Source: Mobula hypostoma | Lineage: Eukaryota | NCBI RefSeq assembly: GCF_963921235.1 | Contig: NC_086097.1 | Coordinates: 149,918,001 to 149,982,000 of the forward strand | Direction: 5' to 3' | Length of the DNA: 64,000 bases | Part shown: positions 51,932 to 63,710 of the stretch, piece by piece | Layout: each line of letters starts with the position of its first letter | How positions within the stretch are numbered: position 1 is the first letter of the stretch | Position numbers and translations under genes: made by a program | Notes under the pieces: model-generated | What the model was told of the DNA's origin: nothing | The model's input: only the letters and a program-made list of their open reading frames with translations | Database searches by the model: none

Positions 51932-53244
51932 ACTTTGTAAAGTGACATATTTCCACTTTCCTCGTAATAGATTCCTGTAATTTCCCTTCCTCAAATGTTA
52001 GGCTAATTAGTCAATAGTTTTCGGTTTCTATATATTTTTTTCTTTGGGTGTGATTTCTTCCCAACACACCATTGGTGATAAATATTGAACTTGGCAACAA
52101 TGTCCAAATCCTAGAAATTTAAAGTATGCAAAATTCAGCATAATGGTGTGTTAACACTCATGTTCCAAGACTATGAAGAACAATAGCAAGGAGGCCACGT
52201 GGTTTGGAATGGCTTAGCATTCAATAGTCATAAGATGCCTCTGGCAAAGGGGAAGAGGAGAATTTACAAACAATAACATTACAAATTTAATATAATTCCA
52301 CAAAAATTTAAGATAAAATGGTAAGATTCACCATTGAGCAGGGGTTCAAATTTTAAATATACTTTTAAGAACTCAACTGGTAAACTTTAATGATTTTTTA
52401 AAAATGCATTTCAAGGTCGGGTCAATGAGAAAACCAGGCAATAACAGGACACACATCAATACACAATGCTATCAGTGAATTTGGATGTGTGCAACAATTC
52501 ACTGAAAGCAGACATTACTCATCATTTTTCAGCTGTTCTTGTTTTCTGACAATTTGCTCATTCTTTTTCCTCATGAAGCATTTAGATGTTGGAATTTAAA
52601 ATTATTACTTTTTAATTCCATCAACATCTCAGCCTCCTCATATCATTAAACACCATCAGCCCTAAAATTGCCATGAAGTTTGAGCTCCACCAACTCTAGC
52701 CTATATTATCATTCTTTCATAGGAAATGAACATTACTTGCAAGCTCAGCCTTTATTACCTTCTCTAATTGTTCTTGAGATTGTGACAGTGACCGCTTTTC
52801 TTGAATTACTGCAAGTTGGGTGGTGAAAATATTCGCACAGTGACTTTAAGACTGGACCATTTCCACCTGCACAAAGCTCCTGCTCTTCTATAAAGTAGGA
52901 GCAACAGGTCTGCAAAAGTTCTTTGCAGTTTGAGAGGATTCTTGGCAAAATGCCAAGTACATCTTGCAAGTGATACACAGTATGGTGGAAGGAGTATATC
53001 TTCAAATTGGTAGGTGGAGTGAAGTCATGAAGACTATTTCCCCCTCTTTACTAGTCTAGATGAAGGATCTCAACCAAAGACATCGGTTGACCATTTCCAT
53101 CCATAGACGTTGCTTGATCCATTGAATTCCTCCAGCACATATTGTGCTGCTGCAGGCTATTTTCCCTGAGACAATCTTGAGCAATCGTTGGTTTTAGAAC
53201 AGAGGGGTTATGCAATCCAATGTTTAGGTAATCCAAGCAATTCT

Positions 53245-53495
53245 GAATCAGAATGAAGATCAGATTTATTAACTTTGTCTTATATGACATGAAATTTGTT
53301 GTTTTGCGGTAGCAGTAGTATAGTGCAAATATATAAAATTATTATAAATTACAAAATAATTAAATAGTGCAGAAGAATGATGAATGAGGTAGTGTTCATG
53401 GGTTCATGGACCATTCAGAAGTCAGATGGTAGAAGGGAGGAAGCTGTTATTGAATTGTCGAGTGTGGGTCTTCAGGCCCCTGTACCTTCCCAATG
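53245..53495 (-). mobile_element. Rex1/Babar tail fragment
   Basis: gaatcagaatgaagatcagatttatt..gacatgaaatttgttg. Confidence 0.7.
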
Positions 53496-53899
53496 GTTAA
53501 ACTCATATCTAATTAAATAAATCTTGTGAAAAATGAAAATCTCTCAAAAACCCATTTGGTTTCCTTTAGGAAAAGATATTTGTCATTTGGATCTAATTGT
53601 AGCTTTGGACTCAGAAGAATGCCTTCCTTCTCCCAATTGTCCCTTGAAAAGGCTTATGTTGGGCGTTAAACTGCTAAATGAAACCATTAAGAAGAAAAGC
53701 AGACAAGTTACTTATGAACCCAGGAATTGGACAGAGCAATGGTTCACTATAGCAGAGGTTGAAGTACTGCTGTTTGAGGTCAAAGCACATGCCTTGGTGA
53801 ACTTTGGGCTTTGGTGAGGAGTGTTGGAAACATCGAAGTATGGCAAGGTCAGTTTTTTCCCCCTTTTCATTAAATCCACTAGTTATCAAGGAGAACTAA

Positions 53900-55100
53900 T
53901 GGCAGTCAGAGGAGTGGTATAGTCTGGTAAGCATTACATCAGTGGTAGGGAAAATATTGGAGATGATTTTTAGGGAAAAGTTTAATATGTATTTGGGAAA
54001 ACGGATTCATTAGCGATAGTCAGCAAGGCTTTGAATGAGGGAAGGTTCTGTCTTACAAATTAGATTGAGTTTATCAAATAAATAATGAAAATGATTGATG
54101 ATGGTACGGGAAAGACAGTGGATATTGTCCATAAGGATTTTAGTAAACCATTTGACAAGGGTCGACATGATCAGATGGCCCAAAAAGATATGTCACATGG
54201 GATTCACAGTGAACTTTGAGTTGGATCCAGAATTGACTAGCTCATTGAAGGCAGAGGGTAGTGGCAGAGCGGTGTTTCTCTGACTCAACATCTGTGATCG
54301 GTGGAGCTCCACCAGGATCCGTGCTGTTTGTGATAAATATAAATGATCTGGATGAAAATGTCACTTTGCAGAGAGCACGAAAATTGGTCAAGTCATCAGT
54401 AGAGAGGAAGGCTGTAGACAGAGTATACAATCAGCCTTATATCCACAGGGTAGTAATGTGAAATACTCGGGAGTATAATACATAGAGTGGTAGTTGCTTA
54501 GAACACACTGCCAGAGGAGGTAGAGTCATGGAGTTACACATCCGGCAAACAGAACTTTTAGCCCAACTGGTCGATGCTGACCAAGCTAGTCTCATCTGCC
54601 CATGTTTGGCCCATATACTTCTAAACCTTTCCTATCTATGTATCTTTCCAAGTGCCTTTTAAAAGTTGATAATGTACCTGGCTCAACCACTTCTGGCAGC
54701 TCATTCAATATATTATTACTTTTGGCTGAGAAAGTAGCCTCTCAGGTTCCTATAAATCTCCCCCCTCTCATCTTAAACCGATACCCTTTAGTTCTTGACT
54801 TCTCCAAGACTGTGAGACTATCTATGCCTCTCATAATTTATACAATCCTGTAAGATTACCTCTCCATTGAATAAAGTCCCTACCTGCTCAATGTCTCTCC
54901 CTGACACAGTAACATCCTTGTAAATTTGTCAGATGCTAGAAGCAGATAAATAGCAACATTTCAGAGGCATTTAGGCATATACATGAACATGGAAGGAATA
55001 GAGGAATATGGACCACGTGTAGAGAGATGGGATTAGTTAGAATGGCATCATGGTTGATGCAGACATGATGGGCCATAAGTATAGTTCCGATGATGATTGC
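53900..55100 (+). mobile_element. Decayed CR1 pieces, with an inverted CR1 tail at about 54520-54925
   Basis: agtcagcaaggcttt, ggattttagtaaaccatttgacaagg, ccaccaggatccgtgctg, atgatctggatgaaaatg. Confidence 0.7.
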
Positions 55101-55629
55101 TTTATCATCGATGCATCATTGCTTTAAGATGTACAATCAGAATGTACGTGATCTAAATGCCTTCAATTCATCCAACAGCTGACTTCTAAGTTTTAAGTAA
55201 GTGATGCATTCCTGCTCTGATCTCATTGTACTGTATTTATTGTAAATGTTCCTTCAAGATGTGCTGGATACAGATTTTATTTCATGATTCATTCTACCCT
55301 GTGACTTGTCCATTTGCCAAGATATTACAATGATGTCGACTGAATCCAAATGTTAAAGTAACAGAGTAAAACAAACATAGGTTAGCCACTAAGGAATACT
55401 TCCAATTTATTTTCATGCTTAAAGAATTGAGCAATTGGGATCTCTGAAATTAATTTCATCAGCTGCTATTTATTTGCCAAATCAGAGTAGATACAGATGA
55501 CATACATGTAACATTAAGTAATTTTAAAAACAGCTGGGTCATTTTGCCTGTTTCATCTAGATGTATATATATGTATGTGTGTGTACATAATCAAACCTCC
55601 TTATATTACCTCACGGGGAAGAAATAACT

Positions 55630-55765
55630 GACAAACAAGAGAAAATCTGCAGATGCTGCAACTCCAAGCAAGACACACTGGAGGAACTTGACGGGACAGG
55701 CAACGTCTGTGGAAAAAGGTACAGTCGATGTTTCGGGCCGAGACACTTCGACAGGACTGGAGAAA
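55630..55765 (-). mobile_element. Penelope-like terminal fragment with mutated hammerhead
   Basis: Minus: agtc-ctgTcga-agtgtctcggccc-gaaa-ca-tc-gact. Confidence 0.75.
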
Positions 55766-56889
55766 AAAAGATGAGGAGTAGATTGAAAACTGAGGTCAAT
55801 TTTGAATAGCCAGTGACGCCAAACAGAGGAACTCCAGAAGATGTGTAACACCAATAGGCTCTCCTAGCTTTTGTAATTTGATCCAGCAATACGTATGCTA
55901 ATAAAATGGAAAAGATGTAGAAATTCAGTTGTGGTTCATACTTTTCTTTAAGTGAAAAGTTAATAGTTGTGAATTTACAGTTACAGCAACAAGGGAAATT
56001 GTTATTGTTTGCCATCATGAGACTAAAAAATGCTGGTGCTGAGAGAGATATGGATGTTTCTCTTTCAGAAATGCAGAATGTTAACATTCATAAATAGAGA
56101 ACGATTAGAAAGGCAGATAGAATGCTGGCTTTCATTTCATTTGGCATGGCATATAAAATTCTTTAAAAATTATTCAGGCATAGAATTTGAGTGATTTTTT
56201 TAAGAAAAGCTATACTAACCTTAGAGGCAGCACAGATAAAGTTCACTATAATGATTCCTCGGATGAAGCGTGCATTTTGTGAGGCAAGATTGAATACTTT
56301 GGGTTCATACTTTCTGAAGTATATAAGAAGGAGAGGTGATCTTATTAAAATTCTAGATTGTGAGCTGGGTTTGATTATGTTTGACCTTGATAATTTCAGG
56401 GATTCCTAAATTAAAATGATGTGAGTTGGTGGGTGCCATTTGCAGGCAAACCAATACCAGTTGAGTGAGGTTTTAGTGAGACAGGAACCTGCAGTTGATG
56501 GTTAGTGGAGGTTGGAAGGTGAACATGATGAAATTGCTAAATATTGAGTGATCTTCTCAGTCCCAGTTTCTCTCCATCACAGCCTCCGTTAAGGACTTTA
56601 AAAAAATCAAAGATGATTAAATCTTATTGCCACTTAAATCCTGTTTGTGATAGATGTAATTCTGAGGTAGCTTCCTTGACACATATGTTCTGGTCTTGTC
56701 CTCTTCTAGAAAAATATTGAAAAGATAAGATAGATATTATTTCAGTCGTTCTGCATATTGATTTACAACCTCATCCTATTACTGCAAGTTTTGGACTACC
56801 AGTGATAGACCCTAGTCGTTTATCCTTGTCAGCTTGTCGTCTAATTGTATTTGTTACATTAATAGCCAGAAGATCCATTTTATTTAGGT

Positions 56890-57623
56890 TTTTTTTAGAT
56901 TAAGAGGACACGCAGTCCTCTTTCATTGTCATTTAGTAATGCATGCATTAGGAAATGATACAATGTTTCTCCAGAATGATATCACAGAAATACATGACAA
57001 ACCGACTGAAAAACTGACAAAAACTACATAATTATAACATATCAAAGTTGCTGGTAAACGCAGCAGGCCAGGCAGCATCTATTGGAAGAGTTTCTGTCGA
57101 CGTTTCAGGCCGAGACCCTTCTAACATATAGTTACAACAGTGCAAAGCAATACCATAATTTGATAAAGAACAGACCATGGCACAGTAAAAAGTCTCAAAG
57201 CCTCTCCAAAGTCCCATCATCTCACACAGACGGTGAACCTCCAGCGCCGCAAACTTGCCGATGCAGCATACTGGAAGCATCTGACCACAGTCCGACTCCG
57301 AGTCCGTCCGAAAACTTCGAGCCTCTGACCAGCTATCCGACACTGAGCACTGAGCACCATCTCTGCCGAGCGCTTCGACCCAGACTCCGGCAACAGGCAA
57401 TAGGCAAAGTCGAGGATTTGGGGCCTTCCCCTCCGGAGATTCTTGATCGCACAGTAGCAGTGGCAGCGAAGTGGGTATTTCAGAAGTTTCTCCAGGTGTT
57501 CCTCCGAGCTTCTCACGTCTGTCTCCATTAAATCAGGATTGTGCACGGCCCCTAGTTAACACATTACGATATCATTCGGAACGGTCGCACGCACTGCGTT
57601 GCGCTGCCATCTTCTCCTCCCTC
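56890..57623 (-). mobile_element. Non-autonomous retroelement with CpG-rich head (ggaggagaagatggcagcg) and LINE-type tail; carries a PLE insert at 57043-57121
   Basis: CpG-rich body, tail hairpin gaggactgcgtgtcctc; PLE insert flanked by taacatat (57035-57042, 57122-57129). Confidence 0.6.
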
Positions 57624-57689
57624 CTACTGGAATGGAAATGGAAAGATTCTAATCCCCCCACTACATTTCAATGGTTTTCGCAAACGATC

Positions 57690-57878
57690 GTTGTCATCAT
57701 CTGAACCCTTAGTGCCTAGGTGGCACATGGGGCCTCCACAAGGGCCTTCCATTTCCGCCGGTCTTTCTCTCTGCTGCTCGCTGTTACCCAGTTCATGCCT
57801 ACTTCTTTCAGTTCTACTTCCACAGATCTTCACCACGTCATTTTGGGCCTGCCCCTACTTCGCTTTCCCTGTGGGGTC
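57690..57878 (-). mobile_element. RTE-clade LINE extreme 3' end
   Basis: Minus translation TPQGKRSRGRPKMTW.RSVEVELKEVGMNW..DRRKWKALVEAPCAT. Confidence 0.8.
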
Positions 57879-57899
57879 TGAAACGATAGCACGCCAAAA

Positions 57900-60800
57900 T
57901 TTGGAAAAAATTAGGAGTGGTAATCTGGATCCTTCTGTTAAATTTGAGCCCTTGTGGGCAGCACTCGCAAGAGGGCACCACTCAAGCTACAACTGAATAC
58001 GAAGAACAATAACCCCAGAGTCTCCCGAGAGAGGGGGAGGATGAGAGACTCAACAGGATTGTCATACCGGCAATGGCCAGGACAGGAAACACGACTACGA
58101 GGAAGCTAAAGCAAACAACACTGACCGGAGAGGAATTCACAGTAAGGTGTCATTGCGGGAAAGTCTGCAAAAACATCAGAGGGCTCAAGATACACCAGAG
58201 CAAGTCTAGATGTGGATCAATGGTGACCCAAGTGCAGTGCACAGACCTAGTGTCTGGTGAGACGAAGGAGAATTCCAGCCGGGAAGCACCCCACAGAGCT
58301 GAAGATCTCTCCCCACTTGAGTCCCCTCAGCACCGAACAACAGACCTAGTGAGTTCCTCTTCTGCTACCCCAATCCATTCGTCAAGGAAAGACAGGATCA
58401 AATGGCCTAGATCATCAGACAACGTCACCTGGATGCAGTTCGATGACGATCTAGATGGTATCCTGGAAGTTGCCTTAGCAGGTCCAGTACACAGAAAGAT
58501 CGACTCACTCACAGCCATAGCGTACAATCTAGCTGAGGAACGATTTGGTCCAATGGAGCGGAGAAGCCAGCCGGAGTTACTGCGGCAACCAAATAGGAGG
58601 GAAATGGAGATTCGGTGCTTGAGAGGTGAATTAAAGATGCTCAACAAGAGGTTTAAAACCAGCTCACCGGCTGAAAAAGAAGGTATTAAGGACTTAACCA
58701 GTAAGCTGCGGGAAAAGCTGTGCAAACTCTGGAAGGCGAAACATCTACAACGGCAAAGAAGGAAGAAAGAGAAGAGGCGAGCGCAGTTTGTGAGAAATCC
58801 ATTCAGCTTCACCAGGACTCTTCTCGGCCAACAAAAATCTGGTATACTATCCAGCTTGAAGCCAGAGGTAGAGGAGTTCCTGCGGGAGGCACACAGTGAC
58901 CCACGGAGGGGTCAGGGACTAGGAACCAATCGGGCTGTGCGTAGACTGGAAAATCCGGCAGAATGTGAAGGAGCCTACACGGCAGGAAATCCAGGACATC
59001 ATCCGGAAAGCTAAAGCATCAGCTGCCCCAGCCCCAAGCAGCATACCTTATAAGGTGTATAAGAAATGCCCAAAACATCTTCGGAGGCTGTGGAAGGTCA
59101 TGAGAAAGATCTGGGCCAAAGGTACTATTCCATCAAGTTGGAAATTGGCAGAGGGATGCTTTATTCCAAAGGAAGAGGTTTCTTCCACAATTGCCCAGTT
59201 TAGGACAATTTCTGTCCTGGATGTGGAATGTAAGATTTTCTTTTCTGTGCTTGCAAGAAGGCTGACTTCTTACATGATGCAGAACCGCTATATCAACACA
59301 TCCATCCAGAAAGGCGGTATTCCAGGCTTTTCAGGGTGTCTGGAACATTAGCCTTCTGATCTGTGAGGCCAAGCAGAAAAAAGGCGACCTAACAGTTGCC
59401 TGGTTAGACCTCGTGAACGCCTACGTGTCTATTCCACATGACCTCATCCTAGAAAGACTCGACCACTACTACATCCCAGTGACTATTCGAGACATGATCA
59501 CCAGCTACCCAGGAGGATTCAAACTCAGATTTACATCAACCCATTTCACAACTAGTTGGCAGGACCTCCAGAAGGGAATTCCAACAGGGTGCACCATCTC
59601 CCCCATCCTATTTATTATGAGAACGAACCTCCTATTATCAGCAGCAGAAGATGTAACCCGCAGCCCGACGCTGGAGTCGGGCATTGTTCAGCCAGCTCTA
59701 CGAGGGTTCATGGACGACATCACTATAACAACTGTGTCACATGTCCAAGCAAGATGGGTATTGGAAACCCTGGGTAATGTAGCCACTTGGGTGAGGATGT
59801 CCTTCAAGGCCAAGAAGTCCAGGTGCATGGTGAACAGAAAGGGCAAAGTTACTAGCAAGTTTAGCCTTCAAGTTCAAGGTGAGGTCATCCCTTCCATTGA
59901 AGATAACCCAATAAAATGCTTGGGGAAGTGGTTTAATGTGTCACTGACAGATGGGGCTAATGTCACCAGTGCTGTGAAGCAGACAGACAAATGGCTGAAG
60001 AAGATCGACAAATCTGGACTTCTGGGTAAACTCAAGACCTGGCTGTACCAATAAGGCATTCTGCCCAGGCTCCTCTGGCTCTTCACACTTTATGAGTTCC
60101 CCATGACTGCCGTAGAGAGCATTGAGAGGAGAACCAACAAGCACCTGAGGAGATGGTTGGGAGTTCCCCCAAGCTTCTTTTCAGCGGACCTCTACATTCG
60201 TTCTGGGCAACTGCAGCTTCCCCTGTCATCTGTTGTGGAGGAATTCAAGGTGGCAAAATGCAGAGCCTTATTAAGCTTGAGAGATTCCAATGACGTCCTG
60301 GTAAAGCAAGCAGGTGTTACAACCAGATCTGACCGCAAGTGGGCAGCCAACGCAGCTGGGGAGGAGGCAGTGTGTTCTCTGAAGCTGCGAGATATCATCG
60401 GCAACCCCTGCGTTGGGCGGCAAGGACTCGGCTCAGTTCACTTCCAGAAGTGGGGAAACGCAAGCATAAGGAACAGGCGAGACATGATACAGGCAGAAGT
60501 ACGGATCCATGAGGAAGAGAAGCGGATGTCAAAGGCAGTGGAACAAGGGTCCCAGGGTGCCTGGTCAAAATGGGATCTGCCTAAGCACAAGATCTCATGG
60601 GCAGAGTTATGGAGACTGGAGCCCTTCCGTATTTCCTTCCTCTTGCGATCCGTGTATGACACCCTTCCTTCACCTTTACATCTGTACACATGGAGGATGA
60701 GAGAGGACCCGAACTGTAAGCTCTGTGGTCAAAAGGGGACACTGGCTCATATACTGTCCAGGTGTAAAACAGCTCTAACTCAAGGACGATATAGGTGGCG

Positions 60801-61550
60801 CCATGATAAGGTGCTTCTGGCTCTTGCTGACACACTAGAGCGGGAGAAATGCAAGAAGAGGACGACTGGCACAGATTTGAGGAAAGCCATCACCTTCATC
60901 AAAGAGGGAGCGAGGCTTTTCGTAACCAAACAACCAAAGCCCAATCTGCTGCTAATGGCCACGCCCTGGGAGATGAGTGTTGATGTGGGAAGGAGGTTGC
61001 AGTTCCCGGACGTGGTGCACACAACCCTACGCCTGGACATTGTACTGTGGTCAACGGAAGACAAGAAAATAATTCTGGTTGAGTTGACTGTGCTGTGGGA
61101 GGAGGGATGGGAAGAGGCCCACGAGAGAAAGGCCTTGAAATACCAGCCCTTTGTGCAGGAGTGTGAAGACAAGGGATGGCAGGCATGGTTGTTCCCTGTG
61201 GAGATCGGCTGCAGAGGTTTCCCAGCCAAATCAGCATGGCGGTTGTTGTCAGATCTGGGCCTGGATGAAAGGAGCAAAAAACAAGCAGCTCGTAGGATGG
61301 GGGAAGAGGCAGAATGAGCCTCTTCTTGGATTTGGAGTAGGCGAGAGGAGGGGAGCTGGAAGCCAGGAGCAGATGGGCAGTGATTTGGCCTCCACTGCCG
61401 GCCCACCAACTGGAGAGTGTCGTGGTTAAGGGTCGAAACACTCTGTGAAGGTTGTGAACCACCTGATGACATCTGCTCCTGGCTGAAGGCTACGGTTACC
61501 TTATAAAGTAACTGGAGAATGCACCCAAACGGGTGTATATAACAAGAAGA
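57900..61550 (+). mobile_element. Near full-length RLE non-LTR retrotransposon (HERO/NeSL-like), family B
   Basis: Single disrupted ORF 58073-61383: N-terminal zinc finger CHCGKVCKNIRGLKIHQSKSRC, FRTISVLDVE, IQKGG, WLDL.NAY, GIPTGCTISP, FMDD, CKLC..HIL..C, RHD, R(P>L)DIVL..ELTV.WE..K..KY. Confidence 0.95.
61361..61484 (+). ncRNA. Candidate non-circularly permuted hammerhead-like ribozyme in the HERO-like 3' UTR
   Basis: agagtg-TC-gtggtt-aa-gggtc-GAAA-cactct...aaccac-CTGATGA inside a 15-bp outer stem agccaggagcagatg/catctgctcctggct. Confidence 0.7.
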
Positions 61551-61689
61551 AACTTGGAGGCCATTTATTCAATATTTTCATATTATGTAAGTTGACCCTT
61601 TCTGAACCCTTTGTAGTAATTTTTTTGTTCCTGTTTAGAGGAGTGGAGTTAACGATAAATAATAATTTTAGCCAATGTAATATGACAGC

Positions 61690-62666
61690 AAACAACAGGA
61701 ATTCCGCAGATGCTGGAATTTCAAGCAACATACATCAAAGTTGCTGGTGAACGCAGCAGGCCAAGCAGCATCTATAGGAAGAGGCGCAGTCGACGTTTCC
61801 GGCCGAGACCCTTCGTCAGGACTAACTGAAGGAAGAGTGAGTAAGGGATTTGAAAGCTGGAGGGGGAGGGGGAGATGCAAAATGATAGGAGAAGACAGGA
61901 GGGGGAGGGATAGAGCCGAGAGCTGGACAGGTGATAGGCAAAAGGGGATACGAGAGGATCATGGGACAGGAGGCCTAGGGAGAAAGACGGGGGGGGGGTG
62001 ACCCAGAGGATGGGCAAGAGGTATATTCAGAGGGACAGAGGGAGAAAAAGGAGAGTGAGAGAAAGAATGCGTGCATAAAAATGAGTAACAGCTGGGGTAC
62101 GAGGGGGAGGTGGGGCCTAGCGGAAGTTAGAGAAGTCAATGTTCAGGCCATCAGGTTGGAGGCTACCCAGACGGAATATAAGGTGTTGTTCCTCCAACCT
62201 GAGTGTGGCTTCATCTTTACAGTAGAGGAGGCCGTGGATAGACATGTCAGAATGGGAATGGGATGTGGAATTAAAATGTGTGGCCACTGGGAGATCCTGC
62301 TTTCTCTGGCGGACAGAACGTAGATGTTCAGCAAAGCGGTCTCCCAGTCTGCGTCGGGTCTCACCAATACGTAGGCTTATAGTAGATATCAGTGGATAAG
62401 CTGTCTCCAGAGACAGAGACAGAAAGATCTAGAAAGGGGAGGGAGGTGTCGGAAATAGACCAGGTAAACTTGAGGGCAGGGTGAAAGTTGGAGGCAAAGT
62501 TAATAAAGTCAACGAGTTCTGCATGCGTGCAGGAAGCAGCGCCAATGCAGTCGTCGATATAGCGAAGGAAAAGTGGGGGACAGATACCAGAATAGGCACG
62601 GAACATAGATTGTTCCACAAACCCAACAAAAAGGCAGGCATAGCTAGGACCCATACGGGTGCCCAC
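61690..62666 (-). mobile_element. Young Penelope-like element, 5'-truncated and internally deleted
   Basis: MGTRMGPSYACLFVG..RYIDD..FLD..YYKPT fused near 62370 to GIY-YIG IGETRRRLGDRFAEHLRSV; terminal repeat to 61690. Confidence 0.92.
61788..61823 (-). ncRNA. Minimal type I hammerhead ribozyme of the PLE terminus
   Basis: Minus: AGUC-CUGACGA-AGGGUCUCGGCCG-GAAA-CG-UC-GACU; palindromic ACGU in place of stem III. Confidence 0.8.
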
Positions 62667-62669
62667 CCA

Positions 62670-62912
62670 AGCTTTGTTTGTTTTTTTTTAGTTTAGTTTT
62701 TCTTTAGTTCAGGGGGTTTTCTTTTTTTCTCTTTATAAAATATCTCTTTCATGGTCAATTACTTGAGATTGGGAGGCTAAACTATGTTTGTTACTTGGAA
62801 TCTGTGCTTGTACATGTTAACTGTTATTATTGTAATCCCGATCTCTAAGTATCATCACTATTATTGTTATGTTTAATTTTGAAACTTAATAAAAAGATTG
62901 AAAAAGAAAAAA
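62670..62912 (+). mobile_element. L1/Tx1-like 3' UTR remnant
   Basis: T-rich UTR ending aataaaaagattgaaaaagaaaaaa. Confidence 0.5.
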
Positions 62913-63710
62913 GATGATTAATTCAGGACTTTTCTTTACATACTGTTATGCAAGGGTGACTCAGTAGACATAACCAGTGGATGTGGAATTTCGGAAATTG
63001 GTGGTGCTGGGCAAGTATGATCAGCTCCGGGCGTGGTGGGGATAAAGGAAAGCTGGAAAGTAAGTAAGCAATTAATTAATTAAGAGCAAACTGATCTGAA
63101 TTGTCTTCAGGTTGCTAGGATGGGTCTTACTTAGCAATTTTAATTCTAAATTATGCAATTGCAGAACACACAGCAACATGATAACCTAATTGACTGATAG
63201 CAAACAATGACAGTCATGCTTCAGGAATGTATTTCCTTCCCGCACTCTGAGTGGCTATTGCATACAAGTAGCATTATTACATGCATGCTGAACTCTTGCA
63301 AACAAAATTTCATGACAGGACATGTCATATTTAATAATGAAATGATAAAGAAACTACTGCAATTGCATTCATTCTGCGAACACTGATTTTTATAAACAGT
63401 GCAAATAAAGCATGACCCTTTCACTAAATTGATTTAGGAAAACAGATTTCATAATCATAAAAAATGTTTGAATAGCTTGCCTGATATATGTTATTTTCTA
63501 TTCTATTTTGAAAATTTACAGCATCTGAATGTCGTCGTCCCTAAAATATTTTAAAAGTAATATAACAGGCGTCTCTCATTCTTAGTTTTCAGTCAACAAT
63601 AATTCTTCAGTGTATTTGACAATTCATCCTTGAAAAACTATTGCTGGATACCAGAGATCCAACCTGGAATTACTAATTTTATTCTCTGTACCATTTTTGA
63701 ATTTTCTCCC

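Noticed and set aside
57900..58072. HDV-like ribozyme at the HERO-like 5' end
   Set aside because: Could not place P1/P1.1/P2/P3 and the catalytic C by eye; kept only as a structured leader.
60780..61472. 230-aa and 187-aa minus-strand ORFs
   Set aside because: Antisense shadows of the HERO-like ORF; no motifs.
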